Source of the DNA: Octopus bimaculoides
Lineage: Eukaryota
Direction of reading: 5' to 3'
NCBI RefSeq assembly: GCF_001194135.2
Contig: NC_068999.1
Span: 51,966,758-52,030,757 of the forward strand
Length of the DNA: 64,000 nt
Shown here: positions 27,740 through 41,085 of the stretch, one piece after another
How the letters are laid out: every line of letters starts with the position of its first letter
How positions within the stretch are numbered: the first letter of the stretch is position 1
Position numbers and translations under genes: made by a program
Notes under the pieces: model-generated
The model's database searches: none
Told to the model about the DNA's origin: nothing
The model's input: the letters and a program-made list of their open reading frames with translations, nothing else

Positions 27740-27742
<3 letters not shown>

Positions 27743-27955
27743 TATAAGCACAAGGCTAGAAATTTGGAGTGTGATAGGGCTGATTGGTTGGTTGGTTAAA
27801 TCCATCTCTGTATTGGAATGGCATGTTATCGCACCCAAAAGGACTAAAAGCAAAGGTGAATCTGGTGGGATTTCAATTCAGAATGTAAAGAGCTGGAACA
27901 AATACTGCAAGGCATTTTGTCTGATGCTCTAACAATTCTGGCAATCCACTGCTAA
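27740..27955 (-). mobile_element. Family B SINE flanked by (AAT)n
   Basis: Reverse complement match, diverged. Confidence 0.68.
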
Positions 27956-30599
27956 TGATAATAATAATAATAATAATAATAACAATGATTATTATTATTA
28001 TGATTAAGATAGTGTAAGTTTAACCTATTTGGGGGACAATTCCACTTGGAGTTGCTTCTATTCACTCATAAGTATACTCCTATGGAAGACAACCATTTAC
28101 AGCTTCTCATATCCTCTCTGGTAAGAAATTTCAATCTTTATTCTGCACAAGAAACACTGTTAACAGCAAATGTACTGTTCATAGTTGTAGCAGTAGTAAT
28201 GTCCTCCAGGATCTGCCCATCCATACATATATCATTGGACAATCTGCAGAGAAATACTACCAGTAACATTACTTTTGATATGGAATTATTTCATTGTTAA
28301 AAGTAATGGGAAATATAAATATGAACTTTCACAGTTTAAAATTTTTATTGAGTCATTTTTAGATGCGCCACTGAAAAATTCAGTGTCTAAATATTTTCAG
28401 CCAATAGATTATTTAGACAAATCTTTATAAACAAGGTATCTCAAAGCAAATTCAGCTACAAATAATAGTTTATAATACATTGAGTTACAGAAGGTGCATA
28501 GTTTGAGTCCTACAAATAAACTTTCTGCTTTTTTTTTTTATATCTGTTTAAGGATTTTTTAACACAAATGTATTATAAGCTATTAATTATAATTGAATTT
28601 GCTTTGAGATGCCTCTTTAAGAAAGACTTACTTATATATTTCTTGCTGTTTCTACATCTGTGCTAAATGGCCATTTCGATTTATATCTAAGGTAAACTTA
28701 GGCTTCTGTGTATATGTATGTGTGTATCTCAGGTAATGTGAATATCATGCTTGTTTTTTTTTGGAGGTGGGGTTGTTTAATGTAAAAAAATGAATTGTCC
28801 TCTATAGAAGCATAAGTGTTTTCAGAAATTTTATAATAAATTCTTATTTTTGGACAGTTGGTTATTTATTTTTATTTTTAAATGCTTTTTTTTTAAATCA
28901 TCTTTTTTATATATTCAAAAAAAAAAAACATTTCTGGCATTTTTAGCATTTTGTTTTTATTTTTTACTTTGGTACTTTGGGTAAATGTAGAATTCACATT
29001 TTAGTTTTATTTAATTGTTCATATTATTTTATTTCTCAAAACAAAATAACTTGGTTGGGAGTTAAGTGGGGTTTTTGACAAAACTTTATTTATCTAGAAC
29101 GGTTCTCCTTCCCCTCTATTATTTTTGTACATTACTTTGAACTATTACCACCGAGGCATTGAAATTATAATTGCATTGTCAATTTTTTTAATTTATTTCA
29201 AAGTAAAAAAAATGTTATTCTGTTGAACATTATTATAATTTACCAATATTTTGGTCTTAACTGTAATAAAGTTTGTTGTAGAAAACAAATTCTAATCTGT
29301 TAAACCTTACTAATTTCATTAAAATTTTGCTTTGCTTTATATTTATTTATTTATTTATTTTATTTTACCCCAACCACTTCAGTAGACAATCATCATTAAA
29401 GTTGTATTTTATATATAGGCATAATCAAATAGATCAGAGCAGCTTCACTAGAAGGTATTGATGAATTGTTGTTAGCCATCATAAATAAAGATATTAATGT
29501 TGTAGCCTCTATAATTGATAGATTTTTGGTCCCTTTAAGTGATGATATCTTGATGCAGCTTTTAATCATTCTGTCATAATGTCACAGCAAATTTACATAC
29601 TATGGAGTGCTTTCTCTGCACTTTTTCCAAATAGTTATTAAGACTGATTTTTAGGGAGGCCATTTGGTTTTCCAAAAGCATTAGCAATAAATTCTAAGTT
29701 AAATGATCATTTTTGATATTGAAACCAGGAGGCAGATAAGGCTTGTTGAGGGCTTAGCTTCCATTTTTTTGCTGTGTTCAATATGTACAGGCAAGACTTC
29801 CAAGAGAAATTTTGCAAGAAAGGGAAACTGCACTTTTGCTCTAACTTCTAATCCCAGAGTGAACGTCTTCTCGAAATTCAAGGTGGCCAGGAGAGTTTTT
29901 TTTTTTAATTCAGAGAAGGGCTTCCCTGTCAGATATTTATGGGCTCTGAACTGATGTACTAGCTTACCCCTTTCCCTAATAGCCTTTGCATATAAGTTAT
30001 CTTTGTAAAGAGAATGTGGCTAAAACAAACCATTGATATATAGAGACAGCTTTATGCAGTAAATGCTGCTATTTACCACATACAGTTTATGTGGAAATAT
30101 TGTGAAAAACTAAGATAATATTGATTTCATTTCACTAGACACAGGGCCAACATTTATAAAAGATGGTTATTGTTGAATAAATTGATTCCACTTTGTTGCT
30201 GATACTTATTACGTCTAAAAGAATGAATGAACTTGTCAGTTCCATAACAATCTGAACTTACAACAGTGAACTATTGAACTAGCTACAGTAAAACAGATTT
30301 AACCATGCACTCTATTGTTTTGGCCACCTCTACTGCCCTACTTTCATATACAATATTGATCTCTAACTTTAGCAGAAAGCCACAACTTTTGTTAGCAAAG
30401 GTATGCTAAATTATTTGACCTCTGATGCTTATTTAATTGGCTGCAGAAGGAAAAAAAGATTAAACAGACTTCATCAGGATTTGAACTCTAATATAAAGGT
30501 ACAACATTAAATATCTGGTGATCTCTTGATTCTGCCATCCCCACTCCTTTCTCTCTGACACATAAGGAGATATTGCTTATAATCAACATTTTTAATTAC

Positions 30600-30982
30600 T
30601 ATAGGTACAACCGTGACTGTGTGGTAAGTTTGCTTCCCACCCACATGGTTCCAAGTTTAGTCCCATTGCATGGCACCTTAGGCAAGTATCTTCTACTATA
30701 ACCTCAGGCCAACCAAAGCCTTGTGAGTGGATTTGGTAGATGGAAATTGAAATAAGTCCATCATGTGTGTTAGTCCCCCAACTGCCACTTGTCAACTGGT
30801 GTTGGTGTGTTTGAATCCCCATAACTTAGCAGTTCAGCAAAAGAGACCAATAGAATAAGTTCCAGGCTTGAAAAAAAACAATTAAGTACTGAGGTTGATT
30901 CATTTGATTAAAAATTCTCCAAGGCGGTGCTCCAGCTTGGCTGCAGTCTAATGACTGAAACAAGTAAAAGAAAGAAAAGAAT
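30600..30982 (+). mobile_element. Family A SINE, full length
   Basis: Head, core and GGTGCTCCAGC...GAAACAAGTAAAAG tail. Confidence 0.8.
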
Positions 30983-31292
30983 ACCAGTCCTAATTAGTGA
31001 ATTAAAACTACTGTGTATTTGTAAGATAATTAGTAATCAAATGCTATGTCTCATTTCAGTAGAGTATTTTTAATACTCGTCTTATGTTAGTTTCTCATAT
31101 TACTGAAAAATACTTTAAGATGTGTTTGAGATTAAAGTTAAGACATTCTATATCTACTTTCAAAACCCAGTTACGAGGGACAAGAGGTCTTTTCCCTTGA
31201 GAATCTCGCAAGAACTTCCAGTTTAAGTGTCAATTTATATAGATTTTAACTTTTACATGAGAAATGTAGAAAGGTTACACCCTCACATACAG

Positions 31293-31341
<49 letters not shown>

Positions 31342-31451
31342 NNNNNNNNNNATGGTTTCATGCTAAAACGCTTTCAGAAATGTAGAGGTAAAAATAGTAA
31401 TCATCAGGCATAGCTGCCATGAGATTATATTATGTAAATAATAATGATATT

Positions 31452-31491
<40 letters not shown>

Positions 31492-32679
31492 TACTCACAC
31501 ACAAATGAGTATGGACAAATGAAAGAATGTAGCACTCAACACATTTGGTAGGATTTATATATATATTTTATATTTTAATAAGTTTGACTCGGCTCCATAC
31601 AACTTAGTTTCATGGGTCTGTAGGATTAAACGATATCATCAGATATATGTCTGTATGAAGCTAAAGGATAACCTCTACATTGCTGCTTGGCCTGACAGAA
31701 AACTCAAACTCACATTAGTCTTAAAATAGAAGAAAATATATAAAGGAATGATGCATTGTGCCTGAAAGGAAGAGCTTGTTAAGGCTAAAATCCTCTGATC
31801 ATAGCTCTTTCAGTTAGGGCTGCTGAGAAACAAAACAATATAGGTCATATATACAAGATATATGCTATATAAATAGATATAGATACACACACACACACAC
31901 ACATACATACACGATATGTAATATATACGTGTGTGTGATCTTACATTGATTTTATTTGCAAACACATACACGCACATATTTGCAGTGTATTTAAACAAAA
32001 TGGGAGTTGCTTGATATAAAGACTAAACATGTATAAAAAGATAAAACTTAGAATTTAGTCCTCACATTTTATCATTTTTCATATATGGTCTCTTTTTATG
32101 AGCACATTTCATATTGTTTAAAAAAATGTAGAGGTGTATGTAATATATATTTACAATACACACCCACATACAGAGTATATGTAGCATGTGTGTGTGTGTG
32201 TATGTATTTGGGATAGAATGATAAAGCTAAAATGCTGTTTGTTTCCTCTGGCAACTGGCTGTCAGTTTTATAGATTTTAAATTACAAATTTTTAAAATGC
32301 AGTTCAGCATGTAAAGATTGTTTTATAGAAGGATAAAGCATTGAAAATATTTATTTTCATAACTTCATGCATTCTAACTAGGTAACATGAAAGCTGGTCA
32401 TAGCAGAGCCATTTTAACTACAATTCTTCTCCTGTTGGTGACTTGAATTAGAAGTATTTGGTTTTTGTATAAGTAAACTAATGCTATTATTAGTAGTAAG
32501 TCAGTTAAAATACTGGCCTTTTATCTTCTTTTTCTTTTCTTTTTTTTTTTTTAATCATATTAATATTCATATTCTGTTTTGAAATTTTTCTAGATTCAAA
32601 ACCTGATATTTCTATACCATTCTAGAATTTTAGGAGATGAAAACTTGCTCATGCATAATTCTATACAACTGAGGAGAAA

Positions 32680-33090
32680 CATCATCATTGTTTAATGTCC
32701 ACTTTTCCAGGCTTGCATGGGTCAGATGGAACTTGTTGAGGCAGGTTTTTCAACAACCAGATACCCTTCTTGGTATCAGCCTGTTTCCAAGCAAGGTAAT
32801 ATTTCCCCATAGCTAGACATGTTTTTTTTTTTCTGTAAGACAGGAAGCAAACAGCATCACTTGTATCACAGTGATGCTCATTTACAGTTATCACATGATG
32901 TCAAACAATGGTATGAATAAATGTACACACCCAAATATACTACAGGTTTCTTTCAGTTTCCATCTACCAAATCCACTAACAAAGGCTTTGATCAACCTGA
33001 TGCTATAGTTGCTCAAGGTGCTGCATAGTGGAACTGAATCAAAAACCTCTTGGTTGGGAAGCTTCTCGACCACACAGCCATGCTTGCACC
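32680..33090 (-). mobile_element. Family A composite SINE
   Basis: Minus-strand head and RTE-like tail. Confidence 0.7.
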
Positions 33091-33516
33091 TATAGAATAT
33101 AAGCACTTAGATTTTTAGATAGACTCTGTTGTATTATTCTTAGCACAATCATTACATGAAATTTCAGAATCTCATTACCTTTATGTGTTGTTAATTAATC
33201 CCTCACTGGTTAAGATAACAAAATTGATTGTATTTATTTAGACTTAAGAAGCATTCTTAATGTTCAGTTGCCTTTTATCTGCTATTTCTAACGCTGCAAA
33301 AGCCATCTTATTATTATAGAAGATAGCTTAGATTTACTCTGGACAATAATGGAATGTAGCTTCTCATTAGAATCGAAAGTAAAATATCAACAGAACTATT
33401 ATTGCAACTTGTATATCTATTGATGTTTAATTAACATGTCCATCTGTAACCAAATTGACCATTTTAATGAAGGGGAAGAAAAAATTACATATAGCAGTAA
33501 AATAATAATAATAGTA

Positions 33517-33552
<36 letters not shown>

Positions 33553-33566
33553 ATTATTATTATTAT

Positions 33567-33900
33567 TAAGGCAGCAAGCTGGCAGAATCATTCCCACAGA
33601 ATGTTTAATGGTATTTCATCCATCTTTACATTCTGAGATCAAATGCTGCCAGGATTAACTTTACCTTTCATTCTTTTGGGGTTGATGAAATAAGTACCTG
33701 TTGCACACTGGGGTTGATGTAATCAACTTATCCCTCTCCCTCTAAAACTTTGGCTACTATGACTAGACCTGAAATGAATTCTGAAGTGGTTTGGTTTTCT
33801 GTTGCCTTCTCCAGACAGGTGGGATTTGAACTCAAAATGTAGAGAGCCAAAAGATATACCAAAAAGCATCTTTGCCAATGCACCAATGATTCTACCATAC
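33567..33900. mobile_element. Family B SINE (+) followed by an inverted partial copy (-)
   Basis: Plus copy 33567-33775; minus head about 33810-33900. Confidence 0.68.
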
Positions 33901-34149
33901 TCCCTCCCACAGAGGGACATGAAATGAAGTGTTTTGCTCAAGAACATGACACACTGCATGACCTGGAAATCAAGTTCATGATCACTGGATCATGAGTGCA
34001 ACACCCTAACCACTAGGCCATGTGCTTAGTGATGACTTTAGAGTAAGGTAAACAAAAATGTAATTTATGCTAATTGAAAATAACATTAACATGTTCATAA
34101 ACAAATCAAAACAGTTAAATCCATAGAAATATTGGGTTGTATTAGTGAT

Positions 34150-34420
34150 GCAAACTGAGTATTGGTATACTCCTTATGACATTTCTGCTGTCCACTCTGA
34201 GTTTTCTCACCAGGACATGTCAGTTGTACAAAGTGAGTATGTCAACTGAGTATAAATAGTATACTCACTAGGATATTTCAGCTATCTGCTCTGAATTTTC
34301 TCATTTGGACATGTCAGTTGTACAAAGTGAGTATAGTCTCTGTAACAATGTCCTTTGTACAAACAATATACTCAGTAGGACATTAGTTGTACATTCTGAG
34401 TATTCTCATTAGGGTATACC
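34150..34420. repeat. Degenerate tandem repeat (~92 bp higher-order unit)
   Basis: GGACATGTCAGTTGTACAAAGTGAGTAT occurs twice exactly; recurring TACTCA/TGAGTA subunits. Confidence 0.7.
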
Positions 34421-34824
34421 AGTGAACCATTTTTTTAGAATTATTGTTCTTTCACATATGGCTTTATTTTCTTATTTATTTCTTGTGCTTTACTGGTATC
34501 CAAAGTTTTGGGTTTTTTTAATTGATCATATTAATTTCTTATTACATGAATTGGAGAAAAAAAATAGCGATATATCAGTGGTATGTTTCCATTTCTGTAG
34601 CTTTCTCAATCATTTGTAGAATGGAATTAAGCCTATATCTAATTCTACCTTCCTATCTCTATTCTTATTTGTTCTTTTTGTTTCCTTTTCCTTTTGCCTT
34701 CCTTCACCATCCACCTCAGCAAGGCCTGGATCTGTCTGTCCTACAGTCTATACTTTATAGTCTAATCAGTCACTTAAAACCTCTATATATATCTAGTTAT
34801 ATTGTTTTTATTATAGTTAACATT

Positions 34825-35425
34825 GTAAGATGGCGAACTGGCTGAATCATTAGTACACCAGGCGAATTGGCTAATGGTATTTCGTCTGCCTTTATGTTCT
34901 GAGTTCAAATTCCACCAAAGTCGACTTTGTCTTTCATCCTTTCAAGGTTGATAAATTAAGTACCAGTCGCATACTGAGGTCGATCTAATCAATTGGCCCC
35001 TTCCCCAAAAATGTTGGGCCTTGTGCCTAGAGTAGAAAAGATTATAGTTAACGCAATAATTAGTGTAATAATTAGTTAAGCTTTGTAAATTTCTTCAGTT
35101 GGTCTTATCATTTTGATATTTCTTGTTCATATTTACAGATTAAATATAGATTTGGTAGAACAAGATAAACAAAACTCAGTACATGAGTAAATATATATTA
35201 TTTTACCCAGCAGAAGGCAGTGAAATGGTAGAGCCATTACTATACCAGACAAAATGCTTAGCATTTCCTTCAGTTTTACATTCTGAGTTCAAACACCATT
35301 GAGGTCAACTTTGCCTTTCATCCCTTCGGGGTTGATAAAATAAGTACCAATTGTGCACTGGAGTTGATGTAGTCAACTTACTCCACCCCGCAAAATCACT
35401 GGCCCTTTACCAGAATCTGAAAATG
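34825..35425 (+). mobile_element. Two family B SINEs (34825-35042, 35208-35425)
   Basis: Full head and central domain in both. Confidence 0.78.
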
Positions 35426-36416
35426 TTATTTTAATTAGCAAAACTTATGAATTGACCCAAAATTTGATAAGTGCCATCCACGATATTCTCAGCCCTTGAG
35501 TCACTTCATCACTTCTGCTGATTAAAAATAATAAAATTAATTAAATATAAGACTTTTCTTACAGATTCTAAGATTTATATTTGTAGTTTTGGAGCCAATG
35601 TTTTAGTTCAGTGTTTCTCAACCATTATTTTACCTATGGCCCTCTTTGATTCCTATTTTACATGAATGGACCCTCATAGCTATTCAAGGCTTAAGAAATC
35701 CTTTATATCAATTATCAGGAATTGTATAAAAAAATTGCTAAAATATCTAGTGTCTTGTAAAAGTTTAACCAATTTATTGCTTATAAATTTTAACAAAATC
35801 TTACATGGAACCCATTTGAGAACTACTGTTCTAGATTGTCTATCATTTTGCTTCATTTTGTTCAGCATTTGTAACAGTTGATATTTATATATTGGAAACG
35901 AGCAAAAGAAGAAAAATTGTCTTCTATGTTTGTTAGTAATTTCTTTGGTAATATTTTCTTCTGAAATTGTTTTTGCACTCATGCATACTGTGACATCAGA
36001 TAGCTTTCCAAAGATTCTCATGACATACTACATTGCTTATCAGCAAGTTACCGATTATTTTATGGCATCAATACCTGGGCTGTCCTTTATTTATTACTTT
36101 TTTATTGTTGTTGTCTATTTTTTTCATACATGTGCTCAACATTTTCTTTTTTACTTTCATTTCTTTCATTCATTGGTTTGTTTGTCTTTTTTTTAATAAT
36201 TTTTTTCATTGTTTCCTTATTAATAATTTCTGCATGACTCTTATATAAAGGCAACATAGCATCTGAGGTGGAAAAAAGCTTCATTTATTCCCTCCTTAAT
36301 CAATATATGTAAATGTATGTTGGAATGGGCAAATAAAAATACCTTTATTGCATTATGATCTTTCATATTTGTTTCTTTCTTTACCTATTGTTTTCTAATT
36401 AATATTACATACATAT

Positions 36417-36459
<43 letters not shown>

Positions 36460-36786
36460 NNNNNNNNNNNNNNNNNNNNNNNNNNNNNNNNNNNNNNNNN
36501 NNNNNNNNNNNNNNNNNNNNNNNNNNNNNNNNNNNNNNNNNNNNNNNNNNNNNNNNNNNNNNNNNNNNNNNNNNNNNNNNNNNNNNNNNNNNNNNNNNNN
36601 NNNNNNNNNNNNNNNNNNNNNNNNNNNNNNNNNNNNNNNNNNNNNNNNNNNNNNNNNNNNNNNNNNNNNNNNNNNNNNNNNNNNNNNNNNNNNNNNNNNN
36701 NNNNNNNNNNNNNNNNNNNNNNNNNNNNNNNNNNNNNNNNNNNNNNNNNNNNNNNNNNNNNNNNNNNNNNNNNNNNNNNNNNNNNN

Positions 36787-37040
36787 NGTGTATTTTACGT
36801 GCCACCTGCACAGGATCCAGTCCATCGGCACTGGCAACGATCTCGCTTGAATGTCTTTTCATGTGCCACTGGCACAAGTGCCAGGGAGGTGACGTTGGTA
36901 ACGATCAACGGCCACGCTCGAAATGGTGTATTTTACATGTCACCTGCATAGGGGCCAGTCCATCGGCACTGGCAACGATCTCGCTCAAATGTCTTTACAC
37001 GTGCCAGGAAGGTGACATTGGTAACGATCACGCTGATGCT
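36787..37040 (-). mobile_element. Family C internal subunits (two ~135 bp copies)
   Basis: Reverse complement of 19925-20020, duplicated in tandem. Confidence 0.72.
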
Positions 37041-37049
37041 ATTTACTAC

Positions 37050-37170
37050 ATTAAGGGGACACATGTCTGTGGAGTGCTCAGCCACTTGCATGTTAATTTC
37101 AAGAGCAGGTTGTTCCATCGATCAGATCAACTGGAACCCTCATTATCATAACCAACAGAGTGCCAGTTAT
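37050..37170 (+). mobile_element. 3' portion of the same OR-type SINE
   Basis: TTAAGGGGACACATGTCTGTGGA overlaps the gap-proximal end of the 62.5 kb copy, then continues GTGCTCAGCCACTTGCA... Confidence 0.55.
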
Positions 37171-37904
37171 ATTTGACAGAGGAATCTGAATGCTAAAGGG
37201 TTAATTAATCTTGCTGTACTTGGCTCAGAGTTCTCCCATGAGTTTTATGTAAGGCAACAGACAAGTAACCATTCCAATATGTCATTGTCTTGAACTACTC
37301 ACTGCACAAAGACTAAACCTTCAGTTGTTATCCAGCAACTTATAATGACTTATAAGACTATTACTTTGTCTCTTCACCTCAATGTTTCACAGGTTGCAGG
37401 TAGGTCACTGAACTTTGAAATTATTTTTATTACACTGCTAGACAGATGTTTAACTTAATCCTATTCATGTAAAAATATCTTTTGCCAAACATTGTGTGAT
37501 CTTTAGGTTTTTGTGATGTTTTTCTGACCAATATTTCATTTAACCTTTTCCAGATTAATGTCAGAAATTCTAAGCACAGAAGTCAATATTCTTTTGTTGT
37601 ACAGTTAAATGTAAAATATTTGTTAATTTTAATAACATTGTTTGATTTCTCTTAAATTCAAACTAAACATTTTATTTCTGTTTCAGATGATGTCTTTGAA
37701 AAAATGTATTAATAATTTATCTACTAAATATGTAATCTTTTTCTCTTCCATATACCAAATTTTCTTTGAAAAACTTGTTGCTTATGTGATTATTATACTC
37801 TTTGGATCAAGATTTTACTATTACTGGTCATTTGTGCTTTACATGAGGTAAAGCTGATATTTAAATGTTATTTATACCTTTGTTTAAACTCTAATTCAAG
37901 TTGT

Positions 37905-38215
37905 ATAAATAATAAGTTCACTTCACAGCCGTGTGGTTTTGGGTTCAGTCCTTCTGTGTGACACCTTACACAAATGTCTTTCATTATAGTCCAAAGCTTT
38001 GTGGTAGAGGAATTTAGTAGATGGAAACATTCAGAAGCCTCTGTGTGTGTCTGTGTGTGTGTGTGTGTGTATCTATCTGTTTATCTATGTATCTATCTAT
38101 ATGTGTATTTATCTGTCTATTTATCTATCTATCTATCTACCTATCTACATACATACATACACACACGTCTTTATGTTTATCCGTTATCTCTTGACAACTG
38201 GTGTGTCCCAAAGAG
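37905..38215 (+). mobile_element. Family A SINE, decayed
   Basis: GGGTTCAGTCCTTCTGTGTGACACCTT...GGTAGATGGAAAC followed by microsatellites. Confidence 0.65.
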
Positions 38216-38902
38216 GCAGAGATAATTTTGATAAATCAAGAATTTGTGTTGTATGGTGTTTGACATGTCTGTATTTGTCTATGTTCATATACATACCACT
38301 CGGTTACTCTAAGTTATTTCTCTTAGCTCATTTTTGTTTAATCTATGCACACTACCCAGGCCACAAATGTGTTCTACTCTTTTTGAATATGTTTGTGTCC
38401 CTTGGCCCCTAGAGTGAGGACAGATGCCATGCAGATGGTGCATATTGAGGTAGAAACATATGCCCACAACTATCTTCTTATCTCCAGACAATAAGTCTAT
38501 TTGTTTCCTTAATGATATGCCAAACTTGGAGAAGTCTTAACTCATGATGTTATTTCCCTTCCTCATTTGGAGCTGCTCTCAGTTGCCATTCAGTAATTAT
38601 GACACATCCTCTCCAGATAGAGATAATTTGAAATGTTAAGGAAGTCGATTTCTATGGAAATGAAAAGTTAATACAAAAAATCAACTTTGAGATGATTCGC
38701 AAACACAACACCTAATAACCTAACGGTATATTGTTGCTGCCCCTCTGATGAGATTTTGCCTAATATAATGATTTAATTATTGTAATTATATATCTCACTG
38801 AAGCAGACATGATCAAGTTAATACAGTTCTATATTTGAGAGATGAGGAATTATGTACGTTATTTACATTTGATGGATATTTGTCCTCATCTTGTTTGTTG
38901 TT

Positions 38903-38945
38903 AACACGTTTCAGCTGATGTACTCTCCAGCCTTCATCAGGTGTC
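38903..38945 (-). ncRNA. Second hammerhead fold (inverted arm): core GAAA intact, 3-nt deletion at the cleavage site
   Basis: Minus strand reads GACAC-CTGATGA-A-GGCTG-GAGAGTACAT-CAGCT-GAAAC-GTGTT. Confidence 0.55.
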
Positions 38946-39048
38946 CTGGGGGAATTTTGAACCTGGGTTCCCATTCCTAAGGTATTTTTCCGATGTTATT
39001 ATCATTATTATTATTGTTATTATTATTATTATTATTTTTATTATTATT

Positions 39049-39123
39049 CAGGTCACTACCTGGAATCAAACTCAGAATCTTGGGGTTAGTAGCCCGCGCT
39101 CTTAACCACTACGCCATATGCCC
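39049..39123 (-). mobile_element. tRNA-derived Pol III head (SINE-like) inside the fold-back element
   Basis: A box TGGCGTAGTGG and B-box-like GAGTTTGATTCC at tRNA spacing; poor acceptor stem, so not a tRNA gene. Confidence 0.7.
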
Positions 39124-39124
39124 A

Positions 39125-39166
<42 letters not shown>

Positions 39167-39214
39167 TTGGAAAAATACCTTAGGAACAAGAACCCAGGTT
39201 CGAAATTCCCCCAG

Positions 39215-39260
39215 GACACCTGATGAAGGCTGGATAGTACATCAGCCAAAACGTTGTGTT
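39215..39260 (+). ncRNA. Minimal type I hammerhead ribozyme fold, G12 mutated to A
   Basis: GACAC-CTGATGA-A-GGCTG(loop)CAGCC-aAA-ACGT-T-GTGTT: stem I GACAC/GTGTT, stem II GGCTG/CAGCC, palindromic ACGT stem III, GUU triplet. Confidence 0.6.
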
Positions 39261-40823
39261 AACAACAAACAAGATAAGGACAAATATCCGTCAAATGTAA
39301 ATAATGATCAAGCTAAACCCTTCAAGATAGTGCCACGTTATGGTCACTGTCTAGGTGTCCAGGAACTGGGACAAGTATAAGTGGAAATAGCATTTAGATC
39401 TAATGGAAGAAAATGAAGAAAAAAATAAGGATAAAAAGGAAACAGACAGTGATATTCATGACTTCCATTTACCAATCTAAATAAGAAAATTTCAACTGGT
39501 TCAGCCCACAGAATTGTCTTCCTGACAGTTTATCTCAGTTCCACAGCACTCACCACTATAATCATATTTTCATGTATTTTAATTTATTGATAGTTTATGT
39601 TTAATATATATTCTCTCCTTTCTCTGACCTGTTTACATACATTAGTCTTTTCACTTAGACTTAAGATGACTCAAGGTGTTAAAATAACAGCAAAATAATT
39701 CTCTCCAGGATTATTGATTTTGTAAATGAAGGAAGTTATGGGTTCTCTTGAGATTTTCTTTGATAATAGAAAGCCATATCTTATATATATATATATGAAA
39801 ATTATAATGACTACATACTTTCTTTTTTTGTTATTTCCTCTTAAAGAAAATCGGTTTCAGAGAATAGGCATGGTTTATTAGGTAATTTAGCAATAAAAGG
39901 ACGGATTCCCATAAATATCAGTAAATGATAAAACATGTTGTTGAATAACTAAGTCATTGGAGAACTCTGAAAGAAATGGCAGATTTCGTATGATTTTTTT
40001 TTTTGTTTTTGTATTTTTTTATGTTTCTTTTTGTTTTAGAATGGTTCATTTTAATATAATGGGATTTTTTTAATTGTCCATACAAGAACCTGCTCTGTTG
40101 AGTTTGTTCCAGTTGAAGAAACTCAAGCCAAGAAAATAGAGATTTATATTGTGTGTGTGTGTGTGTGTGGTTGTGTGAAGGTGGTGTATAGTTAGGGAAA
40201 GGAATATCTATCTATCTGTGAATATTTTCTGATTTAAGTAACCTACATTACAGTGAGAGATTAGTAGTAAAGTGTTCCTGACTGTATCGAAATACTATAA
40301 ATATTGTTTAGTTGCAGGTCAGCCTTGATCAAACAAGCTATTAATCAAAGATATTGCAGTGATGACCATTAATTTTTTTTTTGGGGGGGGGGGGTATACA
40401 GAGGTAAATAATTTTTTCTTTAAACAATAGAGTATGATTTAAAGATCTGGCTACTGTCTTTTGCAGGTTGAGTAAAACTTTTTAAACTTTTTAGTTTTGC
40501 TTGAATGTTTTAGTGTTACCTTAGCCATTCAGATCACTTCCGCTCCCAAGGAATCTTCTTCTTCTTCTTCTTCTATCATCTCCTCCTCACCATAGCCACC
40601 ATCATCATCATTGTTAAGGCAGTAGCTTGGTGCAGCCTTCCAGCTTACCAGCTCCTGTCAAAGTGTCCAACGATTGCCAGCATGGGAAATGGACGTTAAA
40701 TGATGATGATGATGATGATGATGATGAGCATACTGGGCAAAAACTACTTAGCAGCTTTTCATTCAACTTTACGCACTGGTTTCAAATAGTACCTAGGTTT
40801 CCAAAGCACTCAGCCACAAAGAT

Positions 40824-40883
<60 letters not shown>

Positions 40884-40920
40884 CACTAATTCATTGTAAC
40901 CATCAAAAGAAACTCTACTG

Positions 40921-41085
40921 GCTCTGAGTGGTTGGCGTTAGGAAGGGCATCCAGCTGTAGAAACTCTGCCAAATCAGACTGGAGCCTGGTGTTGCCATCC
41001 GGTTTCACCAGTCCTCAGTCAAATCGTCCAACCCATGCTAGCATGGAAAGCGGACGTTAAACGATGATGATGATGATGATGATGA
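40921..41085 (+). mobile_element. Family C 3' fragment, young
   Basis: I count two substitutions versus 7489-7640. Confidence 0.85.

Larger units (their letters stand above)
38859..39304. mobile_element. Fold-back element: two inverted ~140 bp Penelope-pLTR-like arms around (ATT)n / tRNA-like head / (AAT)n
   Basis: 38859-39000 is the reverse complement of about 39165-39304 with scattered mismatches; each arm contains a CTGATGA...GAAAC-type motif. Confidence 0.75.

Noticed and set aside
29699-29954. Overlapping short ORFs with NFEKTF resembling the RT motif DFEKAF
   Set aside because: Motif order does not fit an RT domain.
37545-37730. Two further acceptor-like sites (37554, 37687)
   Set aside because: Weak donors and early stops in the Rab6 phase.
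39049-39123. tRNA gene with ACT anticodon
   Set aside because: Acceptor and anticodon stems are poor; repeat context.
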